Assembly: GCA_023213215.1 (NCBI GenBank)
Contig: CP096136.1
Coordinates: 3,322,724-3,386,723 of the forward strand
Direction: 5' to 3'
Length of the DNA: 64,000 nucleotides
Origin: Flavobacterium sp. JAD_PAG50586_2
Lineage (GTDB): Bacteria > Bacteroidota > Bacteroidia > Flavobacteriales > Flavobacteriaceae
Position 1 is the first letter of the stretch. The number at the start of each line of letters is the position of its first letter. The notes under the pieces were generated by a model. It saw only the letters and a list, made by a program, of their open reading frames with translations, was not told where the DNA came from and ran no database searches. Made by a program: the position numbers and the translations under genes. Shown here one piece after another: positions 18,929-28,751 of this stretch.

Positions 18929-21307
18929 ATGAAACGCAAAATCTGGTATTTTATTTTAACCTTCCTTACCATTATTTTTTCTGCCGACGCGCAGGAATCA
19001 AAGGTTACCCTAAGCGGAACCATCGCCAACAAAACCAACAATGAAACATTGATTGGGGTAAACATCATCATCCCCGAAGCAAAAGCTTCTATCACAACAA
19101 ACTCCTACGGGTTTTATTCTATTACGCTGCCAAAAGGCAATTATACCATCATAGTCAGCTATATGGGTTTCGATACTGTTGAAGAATCCATCACGCTGAC
19201 AGAGAACACCAAGAAGAACTTCGCCATGCCGGAAACCGGAAAGGCACTCGATGAAGTTGTCATTACATCCAATAAGACGAAGGCTAACATCCGAAAACCC
19301 GAAATGAGTGTGAACAAGCTTTCGATTGCGACCATTAAAAAAATGCCCGCGGTTATGGGTGAAGTCGATGTGTTGAAATCCATCCTACAGCTTCCCGGAG
19401 TAACTAACGCGCAGGAAGGCGCTTCCGGATTTAATGTACGTGGAGGCTCCGTAGACGGTAATCTTGTGATGCTGGATGAAGCTGTAGTCTACAATACTTC
19501 CCACTTATTCGGATTCTTTTCGGTATTCAATTCAGATGTGCTGAAGGATTTGAAATTATATAAAGGCGGTATTCCAGCCAATTTCGGAGGCCGCGTATCT
19601 TCTGTCTTGGATATGTACCAAAAGGAAGGAAACAATAAAGAGTATCATATAAATGGCGGAATCGGATTAATTTCCAGCCGCTTATTAATAGAAGGTCCAA
19701 TCGTTAAAGAGAAAAGTTCCTTTGTAATTGCAGGGCGTGGAAGTTATGCCCATCTTTTCCTAAAGCTGGCTGATGAGCCCAACACCGCGTACTTCTATGA
19801 TTTGAATACAAAACTGAATTACAGGTTCAATGATAAGAATAACGTTTTTGTATCAGGCTATTTTGGCAATGACAAGATGAATTTCAATAATAGTTTTATA
19901 AATACTTATGGCAATACCCTTTTTAATGTTAGGTGGAACCACATCTTTTCGGATAAGATATTTTCAAATGCCTCAGCCATTTACAGCGATTACAATTACG
20001 GCTTGCAGATAAAGACAGTAGGAATCGATTGGGAATCTGATGTGAAGAACTATAACTTTAAGTACGATTTCAAACATTACATCTCTAACAATTTAATCCT
20101 GAATTATGGACTAAATTCGGTGTACTACAAATTCAATCCGGGAACGATTAATCCTTATGGAGCTACATCCGGAATCAATCCCGACCAGATTGCCAGGAAA
20201 TATGCTTTCGAAAACGCACTTTACATCAGCGCAGAACAAAAGCTGTCTGAAAAATTGTCCATCAATTACGGCCTTCGCTACAGTCATTTTCAAAGGTTAG
20301 GCGAGGAGGAAGTAAATACCTATGCCAATAACCAGGCGGTAGTTTTCAATTCGGATTTTCAGATTTATGAAGAGGCTGTTCCCACTGGAACCATTAAATA
20401 TGGAAAGAATAAAACCATAGCAACCTTTAGTAATCTCGAACCTCGTTTATCCGTAGCTTATTCCTTAAACGACAATCAGTCCTTTAAGTTAGGCTATAAT
20501 AGGATGAGCCAATACATTCATTTGATTTCCAATACGGCTTCGGTTTCTCCCTTAGACATTTGGTCTCCCAGCGATCGTTACCTAAAACCGCAAATACTGG
20601 ATCAGATAGCCTTGGGTTATTTCCAAAACTTTAAAGAGGATAACTATTCATTGGAAGTAGAAACCTTCTATAAAAAGATAAAAAACAAGTCCGATTATAT
20701 TGATGGTGCCGAATTAATTGCCAATGAAGCAATCGAAAGAGTCCTTTTAAATGGAGAAGCGCGTTCCTACGGATTGGAATTAATGCTAAAAAAGAACACG
20801 GGGAAATTAACCGGATGGGTTTCCTACACCCTTTCCAAAGCCGAGCAAAGGACTCCCGGCCGCAATTCCAATGAACCCGGAATCAACCAAGGCCAATGGT
20901 ATCGTGCCAATTATGACAAACTGCACAACCTTTCAGTTACTGCGGCGTATCAGTTCACTAAAAAATGGAACTTCGGCGGGATTTTTACTTTTCAGAGTGG
21001 AAAAGCAGCCACCTTCCCAAATGGAAAATACCAGTACCAGGGCATCACTATTGCCAGTTATGGCTTGCGGAATGAAGATGCATTGGCAGCCTACCATCAT
21101 TTGGATTTATCCGCAACCTATGTACCGAAACCCGATAAGAAAAAAGGATGGCAGGGCGAATGGGTGTTCAGTATTTATAACGTTTATAACAGGAGTAACG
21201 CAGCAAGCTACAGCTTTGGGCAAAATGAGGATACCGGACTTAGTGAAGCGAAACGGATTTCCATATTTGGAATCATTCCCGGTGTAACTTATAACTTCAA
21301 ATTCTAA
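18929..21307 (+). CDS. TonB-dependent receptor with N-terminal carboxypeptidase-regulatory-like domain
   Basis: TLSGTI...ETLIGVNI; plug motifs LQLPGV, NVRGG, KLYKGG; C-terminal TYNFKF. Confidence 0.92.
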   Translation: MKRKIWYFILTFLTIIFSADAQESKVTLSGTIANKTNNETLIGVNIIIPEAKASITTNSYGFYSITLPKGNYTIIVSYMGFDTVEESITLTENTKKNFAMPETGKALDEVVITSNKTKANIRKPEMSVNKLSIATIKKMPAVMGEVDVLKSILQLPGVTNAQEGASGFNVRGGSVDGNLVMLDEAVVYNTSHLFGFFSVFNSDVLKDLKLYKGGIPANFGGRVSSVLDMYQKEGNNKEYHINGGIGLISSRLLIEGPIVKEKSSFVIAGRGSYAHLFLKLADEPNTAYFYDLNTKLNYRFNDKNNVFVSGYFGNDKMNFNNSFINTYGNTLFNVRWNHIFSDKIFSNASAIYSDYNYGLQIKTVGIDWESDVKNYNFKYDFKHYISNNLILNYGLNSVYYKFNPGTINPYGATSGINPDQIARKYAFENALYISAEQKLSEKLSINYGLRYSHFQRLGEEEVNTYANNQAVVFNSDFQIYEEAVPTGTIKYGKNKTIATFSNLEPRLSVAYSLNDNQSFKLGYNRMSQYIHLISNTASVSPLDIWSPSDRYLKPQILDQIALGYFQNFKEDNYSLEVETFYKKIKNKSDYIDGAELIANEAIERVLLNGEARSYGLELMLKKNTGKLTGWVSYTLSKAEQRTPGRNSNEPGINQGQWYRANYDKLHNLSVTAAYQFTKKWNFGGIFTFQSGKAATFPNGKYQYQGITIASYGLRNEDALAAYHHLDLSATYVPKPDKKKGWQGEWVFSIYNVYNRSNAASYSFGQNEDTGLSEAKRISIFGIIPGVTYNFKF

Positions 21308-21324
21308 CCCATAAAATACAAACA

Positions 21325-22146
21325 ATGAAAACACTAACAAAAGGATTACTCGTACTATTGGCATTAGCCTTCACGGGATGTGAAGAAGTTATTAATGTGG
21401 ACTTAGAAACAGCTGAACCCAAACTGGTCATAGACGCATCCATTGATTGGGTAAAAGGTACTCCGGGCAACGAGCAGAAGATTGTCTTATCTACGACTAC
21501 AGGATATTACAGCCCAACATTCCCAACCGTTTCGGGAGCTACAGTCATCGTTACCAATACGCAGAATACAGTATTTACGTTTAACGAAATACCAAATACG
21601 GGAGAATACATCTGCTCTGATTTTCAACCGGTTATTGGGGAAACCTATACCATGACGATTACCTTAAACGGGGAAACCTATACTGCTATTGAAACATTAA
21701 TTGCGGCGCCGAATATAGAAGCGGCGATAGAACAGAACAGTACTGGCGGAATAACAGGCGATGAATTTGAAATAACTTATCATTATCAGGATAACGGAAC
21801 CGAAGAAAACTTCTACCTGAATCGCGTTATCTCGCCGCATGTTATATTTCCGACATTTGAGGTAGAGGATGATAATTACAGCAATGGAAGCATGATGTCC
21901 GAATCCTATTCGCATGAAGATTTAAGGGCAGGGGATATACTCAACATCCGATTGTACGGAATGTCAAAGAGGTACTATATGTATTTTAGTAAATTACTAT
22001 TGGCATCAGGCGGCGACGGAAGCCCGTTTCCAACTATCCCAACCGCGGTTCGGGGCAATATTGTGAATCAGACTAACAGTCAGAATTTTGCTTTCGGCTA
22101 TTTCAGGCTGGCAGAAGTTAGCATTAGAGACTATACTATCCAGTAA
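21325..22146 (+). CDS. DUF4249 family lipoprotein, partner of the TonB receptor
   Basis: Lipobox FTGC; CEEVINVDL...KLVIDA; GNIVN...FGYF ending. Confidence 0.85.
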   Translation: MKTLTKGLLVLLALAFTGCEEVINVDLETAEPKLVIDASIDWVKGTPGNEQKIVLSTTTGYYSPTFPTVSGATVIVTNTQNTVFTFNEIPNTGEYICSDFQPVIGETYTMTITLNGETYTAIETLIAAPNIEAAIEQNSTGGITGDEFEITYHYQDNGTEENFYLNRVISPHVIFPTFEVEDDNYSNGSMMSESYSHEDLRAGDILNIRLYGMSKRYYMYFSKLLLASGGDGSPFPTIPTAVRGNIVNQTNSQNFAFGYFRLAEVSIRDYTIQ

Positions 22147-22168
22147 AGAATTCATGTTTGTTTAGGGG

Positions 22169-22205
22169 AAAATGCCGGGTGCTATTCGTAACATTCCGGC
22201 ATTTT
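22169..22205. terminator. Hairpin/terminator after DUF4249
   Basis: aaaatgccgg...ccggcatttt 10-bp inverted repeat. Confidence 0.65.
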
Positions 22206-22269
22206 ATAAAACCGTCGGCATAAATATAAAATGGTTTATGCTATTGAAATTACTTAATTGATAGATACA

Positions 22270-22497
22270 ATGCAATACCAATTTAATAACTATTTGTTTA
22301 AAACCAGTGGCGTTTCAGAGTATCAGTTATTCTGGGTAACCTACGAAATTACAAAGAGATGTTCCGACACCGAATTGGGTTTTGTCAACTACGGAAATTA
22401 TTACTGTAGATTATCCATAGTAAATTCTTCTTTGTCAGCGGTTGAAATCGGATCGATTCTTACCGAAAATCAAATCGAATACGAAACAATTCCATAG
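22270..22497 (+). CDS. Short hypothetical protein
   Basis: Open frame from ATG (MQYQFNNY...) with no recognisable motif. Confidence 0.35.
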   Translation: MQYQFNNYLFKTSGVSEYQLFWVTYEITKRCSDTELGFVNYGNYYCRLSIVNSSLSAVEIGSILTENQIEYETIP

Positions 22498-22522
22498 TAG
22501 AAATGCTTCAGTCCTTTCTGTT

Positions 22523-22547
22523 GTCTTTCCCGCGCAGACGGAAATCT
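22523..22547. repeat. REP-like palindrome (GTCATTCCCGCG.AGGCGGGAATC type)
   Basis: gtctttcccgcgcagacggaaatct; related copy in the opposite orientation at 48233-48257. Confidence 0.6.
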
Positions 22548-22611
22548 ATTTTTAGATTTTTATATTTTTTACCACACTAAAGGATTATGCGTGAGCGGGG
22601 TAAAAACAAAA

Positions 22612-22821
22612 TCAATTAAGAACTTCTAAAATAACTTCCATTATATTTTGGCTTGATATTGGTTTTACCAAATAACCTGACAGTGCACTGATACTTTTAG
22701 CTTTTAAAACATCTTTTTCATCAACAGAAGAACTCACCATATAAATTACTACTGTTTTAGGTATCATAGGACTGATAATCAGGTATTCCTCCAAAAACTC
22801 CCATCCATCCATAACAGGCAT
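22612..22821 (-). pseudogene. C-terminal half of a CheY-like response regulator
   Basis: MPVMDGWEFL...MVSSS...GYLVKP; the upstream receiver residues (DD, LLD) are absent and replaced by unrelated sequence. Confidence 0.7.
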
Positions 22822-22949
22822 ATTGGTATTACCCTAATTCTTTCTCGCCAGCATAATCAATAGCACTACTGTATACATAATCTTCCCCTTTATAAACTAG
22901 TCGTTCTGCTCAATCGGCTTGTTGTTGGTTAGTAAGGAGCTTAAATAGG

Positions 22950-23004
22950 ACCACGCGAAGGAATTGACTTCGTCGAATCTTCGATTTCGGGCGTTAGCGG
23001 GAGG
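22950..23004. repeat. REP-like element (accacgcgaag family, extended variant)
   Basis: accacgcgaagg...gttagcgggagg shares its left arm with 23983 and 30734. Confidence 0.5.
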
Positions 23005-23018
23005 AAGTATCCATCAGG

Positions 23019-23687
23019 CTACTTCAACCTCAAACCTACCTTAATCCCAACCCGGAAATCCGGGAATATCCTCGTTCCGGTCAGCCTTATGATGTCTTCC
23101 TGTATTGGGCAGTCGCCTTCTTCGCCGGTCAGTATCCCGTCTTCTTCCTCTGTACTCAGGTCTGAATGGGAGCGGATGTGCCGTATGCCAACCCCGCAAT
23201 ACCATTCGAGTACAAACTTTTCGCCAATATTCTTCAGCTTGCCATATTTAAACACAGCCGAATGGATTGTACGCCTCATCCCATATTGCTTTTCAAACCT
23301 ACTGGCATGAATTACAATACTGTCCCGCATGTCAAAAGTCTGGTGCTTAAACTGGTATTCCAGTGCCAGGTACCTGCCGGAGCACTGTTGCTTATTCAGG
23401 TAGTATTTTATCGAAGGCCTCACAAGGAAACCTTTGGGGTCTATCTTGGTCGATTTAAGGTAACCTGCATAAGCACCCGCTTCAACGGCAACGGAAATGT
23501 TGCGTCGGAGCTTTACTTCAGTACCCAAACGTACCGAAGCACCATCAAATACGTCTGCCAATGCCAGTGGCGATAAGGTAACTATGATATTATTATCTGC
23601 GTTCCGATGTTGTGCGGCAGCGTGAATAAAAGTCAGGCTGTACAACATGGAGAAGAGGAACTTTTTAATTATTAATCCCTGAAACAT
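23019..23687 (-). CDS. Hypothetical outer-membrane beta-barrel-like protein (DUF3575-like)
   Basis: Signal peptide, alternating hydrophobic strands, ends GIKVGLRLK. Confidence 0.65.
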   Translation of the reverse strand: MFQGLIIKKFLFSMLYSLTFIHAAAQHRNADNNIIVTLSPLALADVFDGASVRLGTEVKLRRNISVAVEAGAYAGYLKSTKIDPKGFLVRPSIKYYLNKQQCSGRYLALEYQFKHQTFDMRDSIVIHASRFEKQYGMRRTIHSAVFKYGKLKNIGEKFVLEWYCGVGIRHIRSHSDLSTEEEDGILTGEEGDCPIQEDIIRLTGTRIFPDFRVGIKVGLRLK

Positions 23688-23859
23688 TGTGAATACTTTT
23701 ACCGATTATCCAAAATTCACAAATTGCCGGGTTTTTATTTTTATATAATTTAAAGGAGCAGTTATATAATTCCCATTCTTAATCAAAAATGAGTAAGCGT
23801 ACTATTTTCTCCTGACACCTGCCTTCTGCCATCTTCCATCTGAACACTAAATACTGAAC

Positions 23860-23940
23860 TCACTTCCCCGGATTATACTGAGAACAATAGCCGTTGGCAA
23901 TGCTCGTCATGTGTTTCATCTCTAGCTCTTTTGTTTTTCC
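23860..23940 (-). pseudogene. 3' remnant of the Cys-rich gene at 30370-30710
   Basis: Reads KHMTSIANGYCSQYNPGK* versus KHMTSIANGYCFQHNPG in the intact gene; differences are mostly at third codon positions. Confidence 0.85.
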
Positions 23941-23945
23941 TATTT

Positions 23946-23970
23946 GTCATGCTGACGAAGGAAGCATCTC
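23946..23970. repeat. REP-like palindrome gtcatgctgacgaaggaagcatctc
   Basis: GTCA-headed imperfect palindrome (atgct...agcat) of the type common in flavobacterial intergenic DNA. Confidence 0.6.
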
Positions 23971-23982
23971 ATCCGCTTTGGT

Positions 23983-24011
23983 AACCACGCGAAGTGATTC
24001 GCGCGGGAGCG
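23983..24011. repeat. 29-bp hairpin repeat, copy 1
   Basis: aaccacgcgaagtgattcgcgcgggagcg; 27/29 identical to 30734-30762; cgcgaa/ttcgcg stem. Confidence 0.85.
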
Positions 24012-24064
24012 GGGGTAATTTCCGGCTAAGTAAAATAAAAACCAGCTATGTCGCAAAACGGCTT

Positions 24065-24363
24065 TTATGTGCTGTGTTTAGCTTTAATAAGCGTCCTCAC
24101 AAAGACATAAACTATATGAGTAGAAACAATTAATCCACCTCCAAAAATCCAAAATGCTAATGTAATTCCTAATGCCGGCATTCCACATCGTACTTCACCT
24201 TCTTTAAACTCTGGCATAAAAAATCCTGGCAGTACAAAAAATCTAAAACTAGACCAAATGCTAAGAGTAAATATTTCCAATTACTCCTATTGTATTTGTC
24301 AAGCAAAATATAACCGCAAACTTGGACAATAAACATTAAAACACAAATATGTAATGGCGTCAT
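24065..24363 (-). CDS. Small membrane protein (~99 aa), frameshift at ~24235
   Basis: Joining ORFs 24169-24363 and 24065-24280 gives three TM segments and a CGMPALGITLAFWIFG motif. Confidence 0.7.
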
Positions 24364-24369
24364 AATTTA

Positions 24370-24447
24370 GAAAGTTTTTTCTAGTGTGATTTCGCACCCG
24401 AGCGAAGCGAACGGACGAAGTAATTACAAGAAACGGCTGTTAGTGGC
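24370..24447 (-). mobile_element. Degenerate attC-like recombination site
   Basis: Minus strand: GCCACTAAC (RYYYAAC inverse core) 15 bp after the stop of the upstream gene, then AGCCGTTTCTTGTAATT, shared with the 25555-25687 element; the right arm is decayed. Confidence 0.55.
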
Positions 24448-24461
24448 TGCTCTTTATTCTA

Positions 24462-25514
24462 TTATTTAGTTTTAAATCTTTCAAATGTGTTTCCGTTAAA
24501 CTTAAATGTTCCGTTTTCGGGTGTTCCAAGCCAAAGATTGCCTTGATTGTCCTTATACATAGAAACTAAATTAACTGTCATTTGAGTTCCGTCTTTAACT
24601 GCATAATTTGTAATCGTTTTGCCCGTCATATTTATAAACTCCCTTGTCCCAAGTTGTCAACCAAATATTTCCACTACTGTCTTCTACAATGTGGGAATAG
24701 TAGATATATTTATCTCCGCCAAATATTTTTGCATTTCCAATACCTTCAGTTTTTCGATATTGAAGCCTGTCGCTTTTTGCTTGTCTTTTCAAAATCAAAA
24801 ATATACTTGTGCCAAGTGTTACAAAACCAAAAACTGCCTTCTTTATCTTCAAAAATAGAACGAATGCCAAAAGTGCCGCCATTAGGTACATAGGTCAAAT
24901 CGTCTTCGTACATCCATTTTACTGTTTCTCCATCAAAACGACAAGCTCCAAAAACGGAAGTGCCAAACCATATTGCACCTTTTCTGTCTTTATAAATGGA
25001 ATACACTTCGTAAGGACTAAAGAACGAATTGACAACTCGTGGATAAATTTCATCGTGAAGATAGTGTTTGGGAAACTCCAAATTATATAAATTTTTTCCA
25101 TCATAGCGATAAGCACCTTCATTCTTTTTACCCAATATATAAAACCACAAATCATTCGGTTCTAATTTCCATTCTTTGCTTTTAATTGGTTGCAAAGTCG
25201 TAAATGTCTTTCCGTCAAATTTGTTGATACCACCGAAAGTTGAAATAAATATATTACCAAATTTATCTTCTTGAATTTGTCTTGTGGTGTCGTTGGCAAG
25301 TCCATGTTTTGTTGTAAAATTGACAATCGTTTTTCCGTCATAAACGATACACACCTTCTCCATTGCTACTAAACCAATAGTTGTTTTTCGTGTCTTGAAA
25401 CACATACCATAAATGTTTGCCGAGTTCATTTACAGATTTTCCAATAGTCTTTTGTCCGTTACACGAATTGAGTAATGTAAGTAATGTTAAAAATAAAAAT
25501 AAGTTCTTCTTCAT
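24462..25514 (-). CDS. Lipoprotein made of two-component-regulator-propeller (Reg_prop-like) beta-propeller repeats, several frameshifts
   Basis: Lipobox LNSC; repeated I.ED..GN.WF motifs (FQDTKNNYWF, IQEDKFGNIF, IYKDRKGAIWF, IFEDKEGSFWF, IVEDSSGNIWL); no kinase domain. Confidence 0.75.
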
Positions 25515-25554
25515 TTTCTGATTGTTCAATGCTTATGGTGTCGCGGTAGAGTTG

Positions 25555-25687
25555 CCATTAACGTTCCGTCGCTTCTCGTCAGTTGAACTTCGAAACTAAT
25601 TATTTTCTGTTAAAGATAAAAATTCCTGCGAAACGTAAACGTCAACTTATCACAAAATTCGCAATTGCGAGAAACGGCTCCTATGTG
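25555..25687 (-). mobile_element. attC-like site (~133 bp imperfect palindrome)
   Basis: Minus strand: left arm GCCGTTTCTCG-CAATTG pairs with a right arm whose reverse complement is GTCGCTTCTCGTCAGTTG (one extra base); ends AACGTTAATG (GTT core); inverse core reads CACATAG instead of CACATAAC. Confidence 0.65.
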
Positions 25688-25971
25688 ATGCCTTTATTTT
25701 TTGAAGCATTTGACTTTCTATTTTCAACACTTCTATTTTTTTTGTTTCAGTATTTGTAAAAGTAAGTTATGTATTCAGTATAGTTATTTACGCATTTGTA
25801 AAAGTTAATTGGGCATATAGTAAAGTTATTTTATTATTCATAATTGTTATTTACGTATTGATAGAAGTTAATTTGTCATTCGTTATTGTTGTTATTGGAT
25901 ACACAAAAGTTAGTAAGTTATTAATAACTGTTTTTTTAGAATTGCAAATAGTGAAGTTAATTAAGAAAAAG

Positions 25972-25995
25972 CAAATAGGGCTAACGCCCTATTTG
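25972..25995 (-). terminator. Terminator of the GLPGLI/barrel operon
   Basis: caaataggg/ccctatttg perfect 9-bp stem; U-rich tail on the minus strand. Confidence 0.7.
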
Positions 25996-26087
25996 TTTTA
26001 TTTTTTATTTCGAAAAATTGAATTTTACGATTGTTTTATAAAATTTTTTAAAAATTGTTAATAAATCAAAACTAAAAAAATAGTAAT

Positions 26088-28747
26088 TTAAAACCTAAAT
26101 TCCACTTTTAAAAGCACATATCTTGGCTGTAATTTGTATTCTGTTTTTGAAGAATTTATATCCGAAATGCTATAATTTCTAAATGTTTCTGTGTTAAAAA
26201 GGTTATTACCAGAGAGAAAAAACGTTAATTTATTTTCCTTAACTGTATAACGAGCTTCTATATCTAAAAAATAGTATTGGTTAACATCTTTGTCTAAACT
26301 GCTAAATAAATAACGTTCGGATTGTAATTCAACATTAAGTTTATCACAAAACGTAAATGACAAATCCAAGAAACTCATATTGTCTGTAAAGTTGTTTTTT
26401 ATGGTAGTTTCTACTTGATTGTAATTCCATTTTGATCCAATATGATAGTTGAAAAATCCTTTAAAACCTGAACGTAATTCAAAACCATATTCCGCTCCAA
26501 AATTTTTGACTTCACGTAAATTTGAATTATTAATTATGTTTTTAAAATTGGTTTTATTTGCACCTAATGTGATTTTTAAATTAGATTTTATTTGTTTAAA
26601 ATAATAATCTATGTTTGAGGATATGGATAAATATTCCCTGTCTTTTATAATGATTTTTTCAGATTGTGAATAATTTTGAGTTACAATAGAATTTGTGCTA
26701 TAAAAATCATTGCTTTTAGAGTACAAAACGAAGGTGTTTGCAAAAAACTTTTCGCCCCAACTGCCGTAGGTATAATTTAAAATAGCATTTAATGTATTTA
26801 GTTGATTAAATTCTGCTAAACCTTTAGAAATAGAACGAAACCCATTTTGAACAAAGCCAGAATAAACATCTAAAACACCTGCGTTATTTGTATTATATGA
26901 ATACGATGTAACTATTTTATTTTTTTCGTTTATATTCCAATCTAAACCTATTTTTGGAATAATAAAAAAGGGATTTTGATTGGTTTTAATGCCGAAATTT
27001 TCTAAATGATTAAATAGCTGATGAAAATCTGATTGCGTTAATAATGTATAATTACCAAATTTGAAACGATATTTAGCAGACAGATATAAATCATTAGTTG
27101 AATAGGTTAAATTGTTTTGATAGCTACTAGGTAAAGCTACACTAATATCGTTGTTTAATAATTCAAAGCGAGTGTCTAAATTATCTATTCTTAATTGATC
27201 ACCTAATTTTATTTCTAATAAATCGTCATTTTTCTTTTTGTCTAGTAAATGTGCTTCAATGCCTGCAAACTGCATTTTATTTTGACTATATTGCTTGGTG
27301 TTGTTTGCGTTTTCAGTAAATAGGTCATTAAAAATAAATTGATTAACGGAGTAGTTTTGTGGTGTTTTTTCATTGATATATCTACCTGAAAAAAGCAAAA
27401 CTTTATTTTCTTTAAATTTATTGGAAAAAACTAATTTTTGGTCAAAAAGTTGGTTGTTACTAGTCAGTTTTTCGTTTAGTAAATCGTTGTTGAATAGTAA
27501 ATCGCTTCGATTTTTTTCGTTGGTTTGGTTAAGCTTTCCTGTGTATTCTAAAGTTTTATTTTTAGAAATGTCATAGGTTAAATCTATTTTGCCAAAACCT
27601 GTAATCTGTTTTTTTCTTCCAACAAAGTTTTCAGTATTTACGAAAGATGTTGTCCCTACTGAAAAGGATTGTACACTATTTTTAAAAAAATCATTTTCAT
27701 CGGTGTTAAGAAAGCCTAATGTTTTGAGTTTTACTTTTTCTGAAAGTGTAAATATACTATTCAATGAAAGCATTTCTGCATTGTTAAAGTTTACTCTCTT
27801 TTCTTTTAAATTTGGTAAATCTGAACTTAATCCTAAGAGCGTTCTCGCCGATTGATTATCACCAATACTTCCAGGGTCATCAAAACGATAAGGTCGGATT
27901 AAGTTATTAATATCTCCAATTGCATCAACTCCAATATTATTAAGATTGGTTAAAAAATAATATTTACTTTTTTTCCAAAATTTATTAAATTGCTTCTTAC
28001 TTCATAACGATTTTCCGAAATAAGACCATAGGCTAAAGTTGCATTGCCAAACCATGTGCGCTTGTAATCTTCCTTTAAAGTAAGATTTAATGCAACTTTT
28101 TCGCTATTTTCAATTCCTTTTAGATGTTTATTGTTAGAATAGTGTTGATATAGTTCTATTTTATCAATTGGGTTTACAGGCATGTTTTTAGTTAGAATTT
28201 TATATCCTTTTTCAAACATATCATCTCCATCAATCATTACTTTTTCAATTTCTTGGTTACCAACTTTTATAGTACCGTCTGCTAAAACATTTAATCCGGG
28301 TATTTTTTTTAATAAATCCTCAACTACTTGTTCATTTCCTTGCAGAAAAGACTTTGCGTTAAATACAATAGTGTCATTTTTAACACTGATTGATTTTTTT
28401 GGTTCAATGAAAACCTCATTTAGTTCATATATTTTATCTATAAGATTAAAAGAAACTTTAATTGATTTATCATTTTCATCAATTACTATTTCTTTCTTAT
28501 TTTCTTCAAACTCTAATGAAGTTGCAATAATTGTCAATCGCCCCTTTTCATTAGTTGAGATTTTAAAATTTCCTTCATCGTTCGAATATGTAAAAGAGAT
28601 GATTTCATCGTTTTGATTTTTTAAAATAATAGTTATTGAGTTTAGTGCTCTGTTAGTTTTAAATTGTTTAACATTACCTTCGATAACCGTTTGAGAAAAA
28701 ATTAAAAAATTAAATAATAATAATGTAATTGTGAAATATTTTCGCAT
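26088..28747 (-). CDS. Outer-membrane beta-barrel (TonB-dependent receptor-like) protein with carboxypeptidase-regulatory-like N-domain, frameshift at ~27970
   Basis: Signal peptide; DTIVFNAKSF...VEDLLKKIPG...IEKVMIDGDD plug-like motifs; one restored A joins the two ORFs; C-terminal QPRYVLLKVEFRF. Confidence 0.85.
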
Positions 28748-28751
28748 TTTT

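Noticed and set aside
23894-24133. 79-aa ORF on the plus strand
   Set aside because: It runs through the REP palindromes and the antisense of the gene remnant; it is a repeat-derived spurious frame.
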